A stretch of DNA of 64,000 bases from Clostridiaceae bacterium (GTDB lineage Bacteria; Bacillota; Clostridia; Saccharofermentanales; DTU023). Shown piece by piece: positions 53,602 through 64,000 of the stretch. Position 1 is the first letter of the stretch. The number at the start of each line of letters is the position of its first letter. Below the pieces are notes generated by a model, which worked only from the letters and a program-made list of their open reading frames with translations, was not told the origin of the DNA and made no database searches. Location: NCBI GenBank assembly GCA_012521015.1, contig JAAYNE010000093.1:1420-65419 (forward strand), given 5' to 3'. Both the position numbers and the translations under genes were made by a program.

Positions 53602-55062
53602 ATGATGAATAATTATAAATTTTGGTTTGTGGTGGGCAGTCAATTTCTATATGGGGAAGAAACATTAACTCAAGTAGAAAAAAATAGCAAAATAATGGTT
53701 GAAGGCTTAAATAGCAGCGAAAAACTACCATATGAAGTTGTTTATAAAAACACAATGAAAACTTCTGCTGAGATTAAAATGGTAACTATGGAAGCTAATA
53801 ATGATAAAACTTGTGCCGGTATTATTACATATTGCCATACATTCAGTCCGAGCAAAATGTGGATTGGCGGTTTGAATTTATTACAAAAACCTTGGTTACA
53901 TTTCCATACTCAATTTAATAAAGAAATTCCTAATGAAGAAATTGATATGAATTATATGAACTTACATCAAAGTGCACATGGTGACAGAGAACATGGTTTC
54001 ATTGGTGCAAGAATGCGTTTGCCGAGAAAAGTAGTTTTCGGTTATTGGCAAGATGAAGATGCACAAAAAGAAATTGCCAATTGGATGCGTGCAGTTGTCG
54101 GTTACCATTTCAGCAAAGACTTAAAGGTCATGCGTTTCGGTGACAATATGCGTGAAGTAGCTGTTACTGAAGGTGATAAAGTTGAAGCCCAAATAAAATT
54201 CGGTTGGGAAGTAAATACATGGCCGGTAGGCACAATGGTTAAGTACATGGAAGCAGTTACCGATGAAGAAGTGGATGCTAAAATGCAAGAATACCAAGAA
54301 CGATATGAAATAGCGACCGAAGACATAGAATCTATTCGTTATCAAGCAAAAGAAGAAGTTGCTATGAAAAGAATGATGGATGAAGAAGGTTGCAAAGCAT
54401 TTAGTAATACTTTTCAAGACCTTTATGGCTTAAAACAATTATCCGGTTTAGCGAGCCAAAACTTAATGGCTGATGGTTACGGTTATGCCGGTGAAGGCGA
54501 CTGGAAAACTAGTGCTTTAACAGCCGTAATGAAAGCTATGACAGCTGATATGAATGGTGGCACGACTTTCATGGAAGATTATACGTATGACTTTACAAAT
54601 CAATTAATTTTAGGCTCTCATATGCTGGAGATTTGTCCTTCTGTAGCAGCTGAAAGAGCTAAAATTGAAGTTCATCCATTAGGCATCGGTGATCGTCAAC
54701 CACCTGCAAGACTTAAATTTGAAGGTAAAGCAGGTTCAGCAATTGTTGTCAGTTTGGTGGATATGGGTGGCAGATTCAGATTAATCGTTCAAGATGTTGA
54801 ATGTGTGAAACCACCTCAAACAATGCCGAATTTACCTGTAGCCAGAGTAATGTGGGAACCAAAACCGAACTTCAGAGAAGGAATAAAATGTTGGATCTTA
54901 GCTGGAGGAGCTCACCATACTGTCCTAAGCTATGATTGCAATGTTGAAATGATGCAAGATTGGGCCCGCATGATGGATATAGAATTTGTCAGTATTAATG
55001 AAAAGACTGATCCGATTCAATTTGAAAAAGATTTGTTAATTTCAGACATAGTTTGGAAGTAA
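53602..55062 (+). CDS. araA: L-arabinose isomerase
   Basis: GSQ.LYG, HTFSPSKMW, QSAHGDRE, EGDWKT, HMLE, GGAHHT. Confidence 0.97.
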   Translation: MMNNYKFWFVVGSQFLYGEETLTQVEKNSKIMVEGLNSSEKLPYEVVYKNTMKTSAEIKMVTMEANNDKTCAGIITYCHTFSPSKMWIGGLNLLQKPWLHFHTQFNKEIPNEEIDMNYMNLHQSAHGDREHGFIGARMRLPRKVVFGYWQDEDAQKEIANWMRAVVGYHFSKDLKVMRFGDNMREVAVTEGDKVEAQIKFGWEVNTWPVGTMVKYMEAVTDEEVDAKMQEYQERYEIATEDIESIRYQAKEEVAMKRMMDEEGCKAFSNTFQDLYGLKQLSGLASQNLMADGYGYAGEGDWKTSALTAVMKAMTADMNGGTTFMEDYTYDFTNQLILGSHMLEICPSVAAERAKIEVHPLGIGDRQPPARLKFEGKAGSAIVVSLVDMGGRFRLIVQDVECVKPPQTMPNLPVARVMWEPKPNFREGIKCWILAGGAHHTVLSYDCNVEMMQDWARMMDIEFVSINEKTDPIQFEKDLLISDIVWK

Positions 55063-55100
55063 AAGATATTATTTTTTAAAATTATTAAAAAACAATGAAG

Positions 55101-55139
55101 AAGGCTGTCTCGAATTTCAAAACTTTGAGGCAGCTTTTT
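55101..55139 (+). terminator. Intrinsic terminator after araA
   Basis: AAGGCTGTCTCGAA...TTTGAGGCAGCTTTTT. Confidence 0.7.
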
Positions 55140-55431
55140 ACTAAAAAGCCGGTCTCTCAAACAAAATATGCTGGAGTGAAAATTAGTATCTTAAGAGCGT
55201 AGATAGAAATGAACTTTCTTTATATATAATGGGAAGTAGCGGCGTAGTCTGAATAGAGTTTTTGACATCATGAATAAATTTGTAGAAATATTATAAAATA
55301 TAAAACATTTTTATTTCCTTAGATAACATCAAAGAAATATTTATCAATGATGAATTAAGAAGAGATGATAAAGCGGTAATAAAGGTCGTAAAAGACAACT
55401 ATAATAATTAATAATGCAAAGGAGTCTAAGA

Positions 55432-57030
55432 ATGAATAGTAAACGGGAAGTCATAAAAACTGCACAAACAGCCTTAGGTATAGAATTAGGTTCTTCTAGA
55501 ATAAAAGCAATCCTAATTGACGATACTGCCAATATTTTGGCACAAGGAAGTTATCATTGGGAAAATATATTAGCAGATGGTATTTGGACATACTCTTTAG
55601 ATGATGTTTGGCAAGGCATTAAGGCTGCTTATGCTGAACTGGCAAGTCAAGTTCAAGAAAAATATTTGGTAGAATTAGAGAAAATTGGTTCAATTGGTGT
55701 TTCTGCTATGATGCATGGATATTTGGTATTTGATAAAAATAATGATTTATTAGTACCGTTTAGAACGTGGCGAAATACAATTACGGAAGACGCCACAAAA
55801 ATATTAATTGAGGAATTCAATTTTAATATTCCGCAACGTTGGAGTATAGCCCATCTATATCATGCCATCATCAATGATGAACCTCATGTAAAATATATTG
55901 ATTATATGACAACATTATCCGGCTACATTCATTGGAAATTAACAGGTGAAAAAGTTTTAGGTATTGGTGATGCAGCTGGCATGTTCCCAATAAATGATAA
56001 TACCCGTCATTTTGATCAAACGATGATTGATAAATTTGGAAAATTAGTTGAAGAATATAATTTAGATTGGCAATTAAATGATATTTTACCTCAAGTTTTA
56101 TCGGCCGGAGAAAAAGGAGGATTTTTATCAGAAGAAGGAGCCAAACTTCTCGATCCTTCCGGAAAATTGCAAGCCGGTATTTTAATGGCGCCTCCTGAGG
56201 GGGATGCCGGAACTGGTATGGTAGCAACAAATAGTGTATTGCCGAGAACAGGAAATATCAGTGCCGGTACATCTATATTTGGAATGGTTGTTTTAGAAAG
56301 AGCATTATCAAAAGTTCATGTAGAATTAGACATGGTAACAACACCTAGTGGTTCTCCTGTTGCAATGGCTCATTGCAATAATTGCACAAGTGATTTAGAT
56401 ACTTGGGTAAGAATGTTTATAGAACTTTTAGAAAGATTGGATTTAGATGTCCCGAAATATAAATTATATGATGAACTTTATTTTTCAGCATTAGAAGGTG
56501 ACAAAGATTGTGGAGGTATGATGACACATAATTATGTTTCTGGAGAACATGTAACAGGTTTCATAGAAGGTCGCCCATTGGTAGTCCGCATGCCTGATGC
56601 TAATTTTAGTCTTGCTAATTTTATGAGAGCAACTCTTAATTCCACGATGGCTACATTGAGAATTGGTATGGATATTCTAACAGTAGATGAAAATATTGAG
56701 ATAGATAGAATGTTGGGTCATGGAGGTTTATTTAAAACAGAAAAAGTTGGTCAGCATTTGATGGCTAATGCCTTAAAAGTACCAATTTCCGTTATGGAAA
56801 GTGCAGGAGAAGGCGGAGCCTGGGGGATGGCTATATTAGCCTTGTATCTGAATTATAAAGATGAATATACATTAGAGCAATTTTTAGAAAAGAGAGTATT
56901 TAAAGATTTGGTTGCAACAGAGATAGTACCGAATAAGGAAGAAATGGTAGGCTTTGATCGATTTTTTGAAAAATATAAAGCTTCCTTAGCAATTCAAAGA
57001 GCGGCTGTAGATTCCTTACCGATGGAATAA
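55432..57030 (+). CDS. araB: L-ribulokinase (FGGY family, AraB/AraK type)
   Basis: GIELGSSRIKA, SAMMHGY, PEGDAGTGMVATN, HCNN; between araA and araD; start set behind AAGGAG. Confidence 0.88.
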   Translation: MNSKREVIKTAQTALGIELGSSRIKAILIDDTANILAQGSYHWENILADGIWTYSLDDVWQGIKAAYAELASQVQEKYLVELEKIGSIGVSAMMHGYLVFDKNNDLLVPFRTWRNTITEDATKILIEEFNFNIPQRWSIAHLYHAIINDEPHVKYIDYMTTLSGYIHWKLTGEKVLGIGDAAGMFPINDNTRHFDQTMIDKFGKLVEEYNLDWQLNDILPQVLSAGEKGGFLSEEGAKLLDPSGKLQAGILMAPPEGDAGTGMVATNSVLPRTGNISAGTSIFGMVVLERALSKVHVELDMVTTPSGSPVAMAHCNNCTSDLDTWVRMFIELLERLDLDVPKYKLYDELYFSALEGDKDCGGMMTHNYVSGEHVTGFIEGRPLVVRMPDANFSLANFMRATLNSTMATLRIGMDILTVDENIEIDRMLGHGGLFKTEKVGQHLMANALKVPISVMESAGEGGAWGMAILALYLNYKDEYTLEQFLEKRVFKDLVATEIVPNKEEMVGFDRFFEKYKASLAIQRAAVDSLPME

Positions 57031-57176
57031 CCTTAATTAAGAAGAAATTTTATTTTGAATGATTTTTGTAATTTATATTTAATAGTCCTAATATTGACTG
57101 ATCAAAGCTATTATACATTTGCAAAGAAGTTTGCTTATGTTGTTTTTACAATTCGCAAGGAAAGGTATAGATAATT

Positions 57177-57878
57177 ATGAAATACACTGATTTAAAACAA
57201 AGAGTTTATGAAGCCAATATGCGACTACCCGAATTAGACCTAGTCATTTTTACATGGGGTAATGTAAGTGAAGTAGACAGAGAAAATAAAGTTGTAGCGA
57301 TTAAACCAAGCGGTGTCAGCTATGATAATTTAAAAGCCGAAGATATTGTTATTTTGGAATTAGAAACCGGGGAAGTCATTGAAGGGGATATGAATCCTTC
57401 CAGCGATACCGATACGCATCTTATCTTATACCAACGTTTTCCTAATATTGGTGGTATTGTTCATACTCATTCCACTTGGGCTGTCAGTTGGGCACAAGCT
57501 TGCTGTGATTTAACTGCTTATGGTACAACACATGCTGATACTTTCTATGGTGATGTTCCCGCGACAAGAAAATTAACAGATGAAGAAATTTTATCCGAAT
57601 ATGAAAAAAATACCGGTAAAGTTATCATTGAAACATTTGAAGAAAGAAATATTGATCCGATGGCTGTACCGGGTGTTTTAGTATCCGGACATGGACCTTT
57701 TACTTTTGGTGAAGATGCTTCGAAGGCGGTTGATAATTCTAAGGTTTTAGATGAATGTTGCAGAATGGCTACTCTAACTCGTATAGTCAATCCGGATATT
57801 CAAAGAATCGAACAAGGTTTATTAGATAAGCATTATATGAGAAAACATGGACCGAATGCGTATTACGGTCAAAAATAA
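57177..57878 (+). CDS. araD: L-ribulose-5-phosphate 4-epimerase
   Basis: FTWGNVS, IKPSGV, PSSDT.TH, HTHS, RKHG.NAYYGQ. Confidence 0.97.
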   Translation: MKYTDLKQRVYEANMRLPELDLVIFTWGNVSEVDRENKVVAIKPSGVSYDNLKAEDIVILELETGEVIEGDMNPSSDTDTHLILYQRFPNIGGIVHTHSTWAVSWAQACCDLTAYGTTHADTFYGDVPATRKLTDEEILSEYEKNTGKVIIETFEERNIDPMAVPGVLVSGHGPFTFGEDASKAVDNSKVLDECCRMATLTRIVNPDIQRIEQGLLDKHYMRKHGPNAYYGQK

Positions 57879-58109
57879 TTATTGTTTAGAAATTTATTCT
57901 TTAATTTAGAGAAGACTCACTATTAAGAAAAGTCAATAGTAAAAAAGTCGGTCCTAAAATAAAATAAACTTTAATAAAATAAACAATCTATATAATTCCA
58001 AAATTTACTAATTTCTAATTTGCTAACATTAATTTGTGCATCTCTAAAATGCAGTTATATTTGTATAAATTATATAAAAAAACATCAAAACTTTTATGAA
58101 ATATTGACA

Positions 58110-58138
58110 TTGCATACAAAAAAATTTTTTTGTATAAT
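58110..58138 (+). promoter_or_regulatory. Sigma-A promoter overlapped by a 22-bp palindrome
   Basis: TTGCAT-N17-TATAAT; ATACAAAAAAATTTTTTTGTAT at 58114-58135. Confidence 0.6.
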
Positions 58139-58321
58139 GTTATTAAAATTCTTTTAAAAAGTTTTTCAGAAAAGAGTCTGCATTGAAATATCCATTAGGA
58201 ATAAATTTAGATGTTTAAAGTACAAAAATCTTGTTAATGAGCTTCAATAGCAGAATTGTTTATGATCTAGATGTAACTTGTGATTTGTAAGGAGTATTAT
58301 CTGGTTCATTCCTAGAATTAC

Positions 58322-58333
58322 GTAATCGATAAC
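58322..58333. promoter_or_regulatory. Putative LacI-type operator
   Basis: GTAATCGATAAC, a CG-centred near-palindrome in the ABC operon leader. Confidence 0.4.
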
Positions 58334-58370
58334 AAAAAGGTTTTATGAATATTCAATGGAAGGAGACGGA

Positions 58371-59864
58371 ATGGAAAAAGAGTACATTATGGAATTAAAA
58401 AATATTTCTAAATCTTTTCCGGGAGTTCAAGCTCTGAACAATGTTAGCATGCAATTTGAGCGAGGTAAAGTTCATGCACTGGTAGGTGAAAATGGAGCAG
58501 GAAAATCAACATTAATGAAAATAATAATGGGTTTATATCGTGCAGATCAAGGTCAGATTTTCATTAAAGGGGAAAAATTTGTTGGTTCTAGTGTAATTCA
58601 TTCTTTACAAGCAGGTGTAAAGATGATCCATCAAGAATTGAATTTTATACCTTTTATGTCTGTTGCAGAGAATATTTTTCTTGGACATGAACCATGTAAT
58701 AATTTTTTGGGGGTTGTTTCTAAAAAGAAGTTATTAAAAGAAACAAAGAAACTTTTAGATAGAGTTAATTTAGATGTTAATCCGAACTTGCCTATGAGAG
58801 ATTTAACAGTTGCAGAAAGACAGATGGTTGAAATTGCCAAAAGTGTTTCGTTTGGTGCAGATATAATTATTATGGACGAGCCCACATCTGCTATTTCTGA
58901 AACAGAGGTAAAAAGACTATTTGAGATCATTGAGGAATTAAAAAGGAAAGGGGTTGCTATAATATATATTTCACATAAACTAGATGAAGTTTATCAAATA
59001 TCAGACAGTATCAGTGTTCTTAGAGATGGCAATTACATTGCAACTTTCAAAACTGCTGAAATAGAACAAGACAAACTGATTAAAGCAATGGTTGGTCGTG
59101 AGTTGGAAAATATTTATCCAGATAAAAGAGCAAAAATTGGTGAAGAAATGTTAAAAATTGAAAACCTTTCTAAGGATAATGTTTTTACTGATATCTCATT
59201 TAGTGTTAATAAAGGCGAAATATTAGGAGTTGCAGGGATGATGGGTTCTGGGAGAACCGAGGTTATGAATTGTATTTTTGGCTTGGACAAATATGATTCC
59301 GGTCAGATATATATCCGTGGAGAAAATGTAAGCATATCAAATCCTAATAAAGCCATACAAAAGGGCATCGGAATGGTTCATGAAGATAGGAAAGAAACTG
59401 GACTCATTCTGGGACTTTCTGTCAAAGAAAATATTACCTTATCAAATTTAGATAAAATATTTAGCGGACAAATAATTAACAAGCAGAAAGAAAATATTTA
59501 TGTAGATGATATAGTCGAGAAATTATCTATAAAGACTCCACACAGAGATCAACAGGTTAAATTTTTAAGTGGTGGAAATCAACAAAAGATTGTTATAGGG
59601 AGAATACTTCTAGATCAAGCGGATATAATTATTTTAGATGAGCCTACGCGCGGAATTGATGTTGGAGCTAAAACAGAAATTTATAAATTAATTGTAGACC
59701 TAGCCGCACAAGGTAAAGCAATCATTATGGTTTCATCAGAAATGAATGAATTGATAGGAATGAGTGATAGAATTATAATTTTGCGCGAAGGACATAAAGT
59801 TGGAGAATTAGATAAAGCAAACATTTCTCAAGAAAAGATAATAAGACGAGCATTGTTAAATTAA
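58371..59864 (+). CDS. CUT2 sugar ABC ATP-binding protein (RbsA/MglA-like)
   Basis: GENGAGKST, MDEPTS, LSGGNQQK, DEPTRGIDVGAK. Confidence 0.93.
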   Translation: MEKEYIMELKNISKSFPGVQALNNVSMQFERGKVHALVGENGAGKSTLMKIIMGLYRADQGQIFIKGEKFVGSSVIHSLQAGVKMIHQELNFIPFMSVAENIFLGHEPCNNFLGVVSKKKLLKETKKLLDRVNLDVNPNLPMRDLTVAERQMVEIAKSVSFGADIIIMDEPTSAISETEVKRLFEIIEELKRKGVAIIYISHKLDEVYQISDSISVLRDGNYIATFKTAEIEQDKLIKAMVGRELENIYPDKRAKIGEEMLKIENLSKDNVFTDISFSVNKGEILGVAGMMGSGRTEVMNCIFGLDKYDSGQIYIRGENVSISNPNKAIQKGIGMVHEDRKETGLILGLSVKENITLSNLDKIFSGQIINKQKENIYVDDIVEKLSIKTPHRDQQVKFLSGGNQQKIVIGRILLDQADIIILDEPTRGIDVGAKTEIYKLIVDLAAQGKAIIMVSSEMNELIGMSDRIIILREGHKVGELDKANISQEKIIRRALLN

Positions 59865-59905
59865 ATTCTAACAAAGTAATTTAGAAAAATACGAGGTAAA
59901 GATTA

Positions 59906-60868
59906 ATGAATAAGAAGTTGCTTATAGAGAGAAATCAATACAAGAATAAAAATGTTTTACAGAAATATGGATTATTATTTGTGTTTCTTTTTCTTTGTTT
60001 AATTCTTTCTTTATCAACACCAAATTTTTTAAAACTATCTAATATTATTAATATATTCAGATCAATATCAATCATTTCAATTTTAGCTTTTGGCGCAACT
60101 TTTGTTGTTCTTACAGGTGGGATTGATCTTTCTTTAGGTTCCGTGGTTGCACTAACAGGTGTAATTGCGGCTTCGCTAGCTCATCCTAATACTTATCCGC
60201 TAATAGTACCAATCATTGCAGGAATTTTTGTGGGGGTTCTTATTGGATTGTTTATTGGAGTGATTGTAGCGTATGGACGAGTTCCTCCTTTTATTGCGAC
60301 TTTAGGTGTAATGACTGCTGCTAGAGGTGGAGCATTGATTATTGCTAAAGGAAGACCAATACTAGATTTGTCTTCAAGCTTTTCATTTATAGGGGGTGGC
60401 GAAATATTTGGATTGCCTTTTCCTGTTATAATTACACTTTTCGTTTTTTTACTTGTTCTTTTTGTTTTATCAAAAACAAAATTTGGTCGATATGTGTATG
60501 CCATAGGAGGAAATGAAGAGGCATCCCGTGCAGCAGGTATTAAAGTCAATATAATTACAATTATGGTGTATATTATTTGTAGTGGTCTAGCAGGATTAGC
60601 TGGTATTATACAAACGTCAAGAATAGCTGTTGGTCAGCCCAGCATAGGCCAGGGATACGAGATGGATGCAATTACAGCAGTGGTAATAGGTGGTGTGAGT
60701 CTTTCGGGAGGCAGAGGTTCAGTTGTGGGAACAATTCTGGGTTCACTTATTATAGGAGTTCTTAATAATGGATTAGATTTATTAAATGTTTCCTCTTATT
60801 GGCAGTCTGTAGTGAAAGGTTTAATTATTATTGGAGCAGTTTTATTGGATAGAAAAAAGAAGAACTAA
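59906..60868 (+). CDS. Sugar ABC permease (RbsC-like)
   Basis: GGIDLSLGS, PPFIATLG, YAIGGNEEA, AVVIGG.SL.GG. Confidence 0.92.
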   Translation: MNKKLLIERNQYKNKNVLQKYGLLFVFLFLCLILSLSTPNFLKLSNIINIFRSISIISILAFGATFVVLTGGIDLSLGSVVALTGVIAASLAHPNTYPLIVPIIAGIFVGVLIGLFIGVIVAYGRVPPFIATLGVMTAARGGALIIAKGRPILDLSSSFSFIGGGEIFGLPFPVIITLFVFLLVLFVLSKTKFGRYVYAIGGNEEASRAAGIKVNIITIMVYIICSGLAGLAGIIQTSRIAVGQPSIGQGYEMDAITAVVIGGVSLSGGRGSVVGTILGSLIIGVLNNGLDLLNVSSYWQSVVKGLIIIGAVLLDRKKKN

Positions 60869-60935
60869 ATGCAAACTAATTTATGTAGAACATTTAAAAT
60901 ATAGACACATATTAAAAAATTAAAGGAGAATACAA

Positions 60936-61967
60936 ATGAAAAAGAAAATCTTAATGCGAATTTTGGTTGTGGTACTAATAATCAGTATCCCTTTGGGATT
61001 ACTTGCTTGTGGGAAAACTGATAAATCTGATAGTGAAACTGCTACTAAGGATGCAAAAGAGGATGTAGAAAAAGAAACAGTAGATGAAGAAAAGAAGGAT
61101 GAAAAAACAGAAGAAGATGAAGACATTGTTATAGGCTTTAGTAATCTCACTCTTAAAAATGAATTTATGGTTGCTTTACAGGATGGAATAGAGGATAAAT
61201 GCAAAGAATTAGATGTTAAACTTATTGCAGTTAATCCAGAGTTGGATGCAGAAACACAAATTCAACAGATAGAGAGTTTCATTTCACAAGAAGTTGACGC
61301 TATTATAATTGATCCAGTTGATTCAAATGCAAGTGCACCTGCCGTTGAAAAAGCAAAGGATGCTGGAATACCAATTGTTTGTGTTAATTCTATAACTGAT
61401 GCAGAACCTGATGCTTTTGTAGGATCGAATGATGAAGAAGCAGCAGAAATTGCAATTAATTACCTTGCTGAACGGCTTGATGAAAAAGGCAATATTTTTA
61501 TGATACATGGTAATCCAGGACAATCAGCAGAAGTTAAAAGAAGTGATGGAGCATACAAGACTTTAGAAAATTATCCAAATATGGAATTAAAAGCGGAAGA
61601 CTATTCTGAGCAATGGTCAAGAGAAGATGCCATGAAACTGACGGAGAATTGGTTACAAGCATTCGGAGATGACGTAGATGGAATTTTTTCTCATAATGAT
61701 GATATGGCAATGGGGTCTCTATTGGCTTTAGAAAATGCAGGAGTAAAAGAAAAAGTTGTACTTATAGGTGTTGATGCAAACCCAGAAGCACTTCAAGCAG
61801 TTAAAGATGGAAGACTTGATGCAACTGTATTTCAAGATGCGTATGGTCAAGGGCAAGGCTCAGTTGAAGTAGCGGTAAAACTTGTAAAGGGTGAAGTTGT
61901 AGAGGAACAAGGTTTCATTCCATTTCAATTAGTTACTATAGAAAACGTTGAAGATTATATTAAATAA
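60936..61967 (+). CDS. Sugar ABC substrate-binding lipoprotein (RbsB-like)
   Basis: Lipobox LLAC, AGIPIV, NDDMA.G, GVDA, ATVFQD. Confidence 0.9.
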   Translation: MKKKILMRILVVVLIISIPLGLLACGKTDKSDSETATKDAKEDVEKETVDEEKKDEKTEEDEDIVIGFSNLTLKNEFMVALQDGIEDKCKELDVKLIAVNPELDAETQIQQIESFISQEVDAIIIDPVDSNASAPAVEKAKDAGIPIVCVNSITDAEPDAFVGSNDEEAAEIAINYLAERLDEKGNIFMIHGNPGQSAEVKRSDGAYKTLENYPNMELKAEDYSEQWSREDAMKLTENWLQAFGDDVDGIFSHNDDMAMGSLLALENAGVKEKVVLIGVDANPEALQAVKDGRLDATVFQDAYGQGQGSVEVAVKLVKGEVVEEQGFIPFQLVTIENVEDYIK

Positions 61968-62917
61968 CTTAACTATAAGGAATTTTGTGATGAAGGCTGG
62001 GGGGTACAGACAATCTCTTGGTATTCCCGCTTAGATAGTCTAAGAAAATGTCCAACCCCCCTTCTCATGAAGAAAGAGTAGATTAATAATATACGTTTCA
62101 CCTGACTGTATGTTGGCTATCTTATGTCTTCTAAGCTAGAATATAAAAGAAGTACAAAAGCACAATTGAAGAATAATTTTTCAAGTAGTAGTATATAATT
62201 AAATTAAGAGTTATAATATATCAAAAGAGAAATAAGTTACGAGACAGTAGTACAAGCAAAGAATTTGAGCAAGATTCAGTTATTTATATCTAGACTACCC
62301 GGAACCACTCGTAGTTACCAGTAGCTAAATGTGCCAGAAAAAGTTAAAGAAAGAATTGCTTGCCATTAACATACAGCTAATGCAAGTGGTATTCTAGTTT
62401 GAAACTATCTCATATTTCATAGCAATTATCAAAGCTATAGGGAGTGGCCTTAATTCTCCCTATATTTAAATTCAAAGAAAAGAATTCATCAATCGGAAAA
62501 TATTATCTCTTCATGATCTAGTCAAGAAATATAGTTATATACCTCTAAGATTAAGATGCATAAATATGCACGTAAGTTATTGGTATTTTAATATGTTTTT
62601 TGAAGCATTTTATAATATGACTAGAATATAGAATCACTGTTATTATTTACCGCTTAAGTAATATGGGGATAAGTAGGAATGGGTACGGACGGAGACAGAA
62701 TAAGATTTCTGTTGATTTAATTTATACTTTTTTGGAAGAATTAGAATAATGTGCATTAAATTGAGATGAAGAGAAGATTTACCATCCGGCCGTCAAGAGT
62801 ATTTAAACGACATTGTTAATGATTAGAAGTTTGATAATTTTTAGGATTACATTTTGATGTTAAGTGGCAAAAAAGAAGAAGCGAAAATATTTTTGGAAGG
62901 ATAATTAAGGATAATTA

Positions 62918-64000
62918 ATGGAAGAAAAGACTATTTTAGAATTAAAAAACATCTCTAAATCTTTCCCAGGAGTTCAAGCTTTAAACAATGTTAGTATAAA
63001 GTTTGAGAATGGTAAGGTTCATGCTATTGTAGGTGAAAATGGGGCTGGCAAGTCTACTTTAATAAAAATTCTTAGTGGTGTTTACCAAAAGGATAATGGT
63101 GTCATTCTTATTAATGGTAAAGAAATTGATATTCAAAATCCCAGAAAAGCGACCGAATTAGGCATTAGCACAATCTATCAAGAGTTAAACCTACTTCCAA
63201 ACTTAAGTATTGCAGAGAATATTTTCGTAGGTCGCGAGAAAAGGAACGGTGTGTTTTATGATAAAAAGACCACTGAGATTGAGGCTAGAAAACTTTTATT
63301 GGAAGTAGGAATGACAATAGATGTTGGAACTTTGGTTAAGAACTTATCAATAGCGCAAAGACAACTGCTAGAAGTGGCTAAAGCTTTATCGATTGATTCC
63401 CAAATAATTATTATGGATGAGCCAACTTCTTCATTAGCAGCTGACGAAATAGAAATATTATTGAAAATTGTTAAAGAACTAAGACACAAAGGGAAAGCCA
63501 TTATTTATATATCTCATAAATTGGACGAGATATATGAAGTGAGTGATAAAATCACAGTTTTACGAGATGGCGAATCTATAGGTACAGTTGAAACAAATAA
63601 TTGTAGTGAAGAAAATTTAATTCAAATGATGGTAGGCAGACCGCTTGTAGATCTTTATCCAAAATTAGAAGTAGACATCGGTGATGAGATCTTAAGGGTT
63701 GATAATGTTACATCAGGGAATTTAGTAAAGAATGTAAGTTTTACTCTTCGAAAAGGAGAGATTCTTGGTGTCGCAGGTCTAGTTGGATCTGGAAGAAGTG
63801 AGCTTATGTCTGCAGTTTTTGGTATTGATCCCATAGACCATGGGTCAGTAATTATAGATGGAATAGAGTTGAAGAGTAACTACCCAAAGGATTCAATCGA
63901 TAAAGGGATTGGGTTTGTTCCTGAAGATCGTAAAATGCAAGGATTAATACTAAAAATGTCTATAAGAGAGAATATAACAATATCTTGTTTAGAAGATATC
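62918..64000 (+). CDS. CUT2 sugar ABC ATP-binding protein, 3' end outside the window (not in the ORF track)
   Basis: MEEKTILELKNISKSFPGVQAL..GENGAGKSTL..MDEPTSSL..GLVGSGRSEL..PEDRK. Confidence 0.9.
   Translation, partial: MEEKTILELKNISKSFPGVQALNNVSIKFENGKVHAIVGENGAGKSTLIKILSGVYQKDNGVILINGKEIDIQNPRKATELGISTIYQELNLLPNLSIAENIFVGREKRNGVFYDKKTTEIEARKLLLEVGMTIDVGTLVKNLSIAQRQLLEVAKALSIDSQIIIMDEPTSSLAADEIEILLKIVKELRHKGKAIIYISHKLDEIYEVSDKITVLRDGESIGTVETNNCSEENLIQMMVGRPLVDLYPKLEVDIGDEILRVDNVTSGNLVKNVSFTLRKGEILGVAGLVGSGRSELMSAVFGIDPIDHGSVIIDGIELKSNYPKDSIDKGIGFVPEDRKMQGLILKMSIRENITISCLEDI

Noticed and set aside
63256..63501. Minus-strand ORF near the window end
   Set aside because: Antisense to the real ABC ATPase starting at 62918

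Overview
Chromosomal replication-origin region of a low-GC Bacillota, Clostridia-like anaerobe (taxon inferred from gene content). Left to right: HAD hydrolase, decayed yoeB toxin, purine PRTase, a DtxR/MntR regulator with a Mn/Fe/Zn ABC operon and a feoA-feoB-Cys-rich locus sharing GTTAG-N6-CTAAC operators, a transposase relic, nadE-mutM, gloA, cls-DUF3783; then oriC/dnaA-dnaN-recF-remB-gyrB, parS, parA (with an internal parS) and parB, with no gyrA or rpmH cluster nearby; then nitroreductase, HPr, an NCS2-like permease, oxidoreductases, suhB, a double-domain PPK2 and a complete rnfCDGEAB operon; finally a 23-kb sugar region (ROK and AraR regulators, three CUT2 ABC systems, GH42, GH2, araA-araB-araD). 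Most notable: DnaA has substitutions in its base-reading motif and oriC carries TTATTAACA-type boxes instead of TTATCCACA; NadE has lost its glutaminase triad; the GH42 looks like an alpha-L-arabinopyranosidase; and an unexplained ~200-bp repeat flanks mntR. No rRNA, tRNA or CRISPR array was seen. Start codons were adjusted by eye using RBS motifs.
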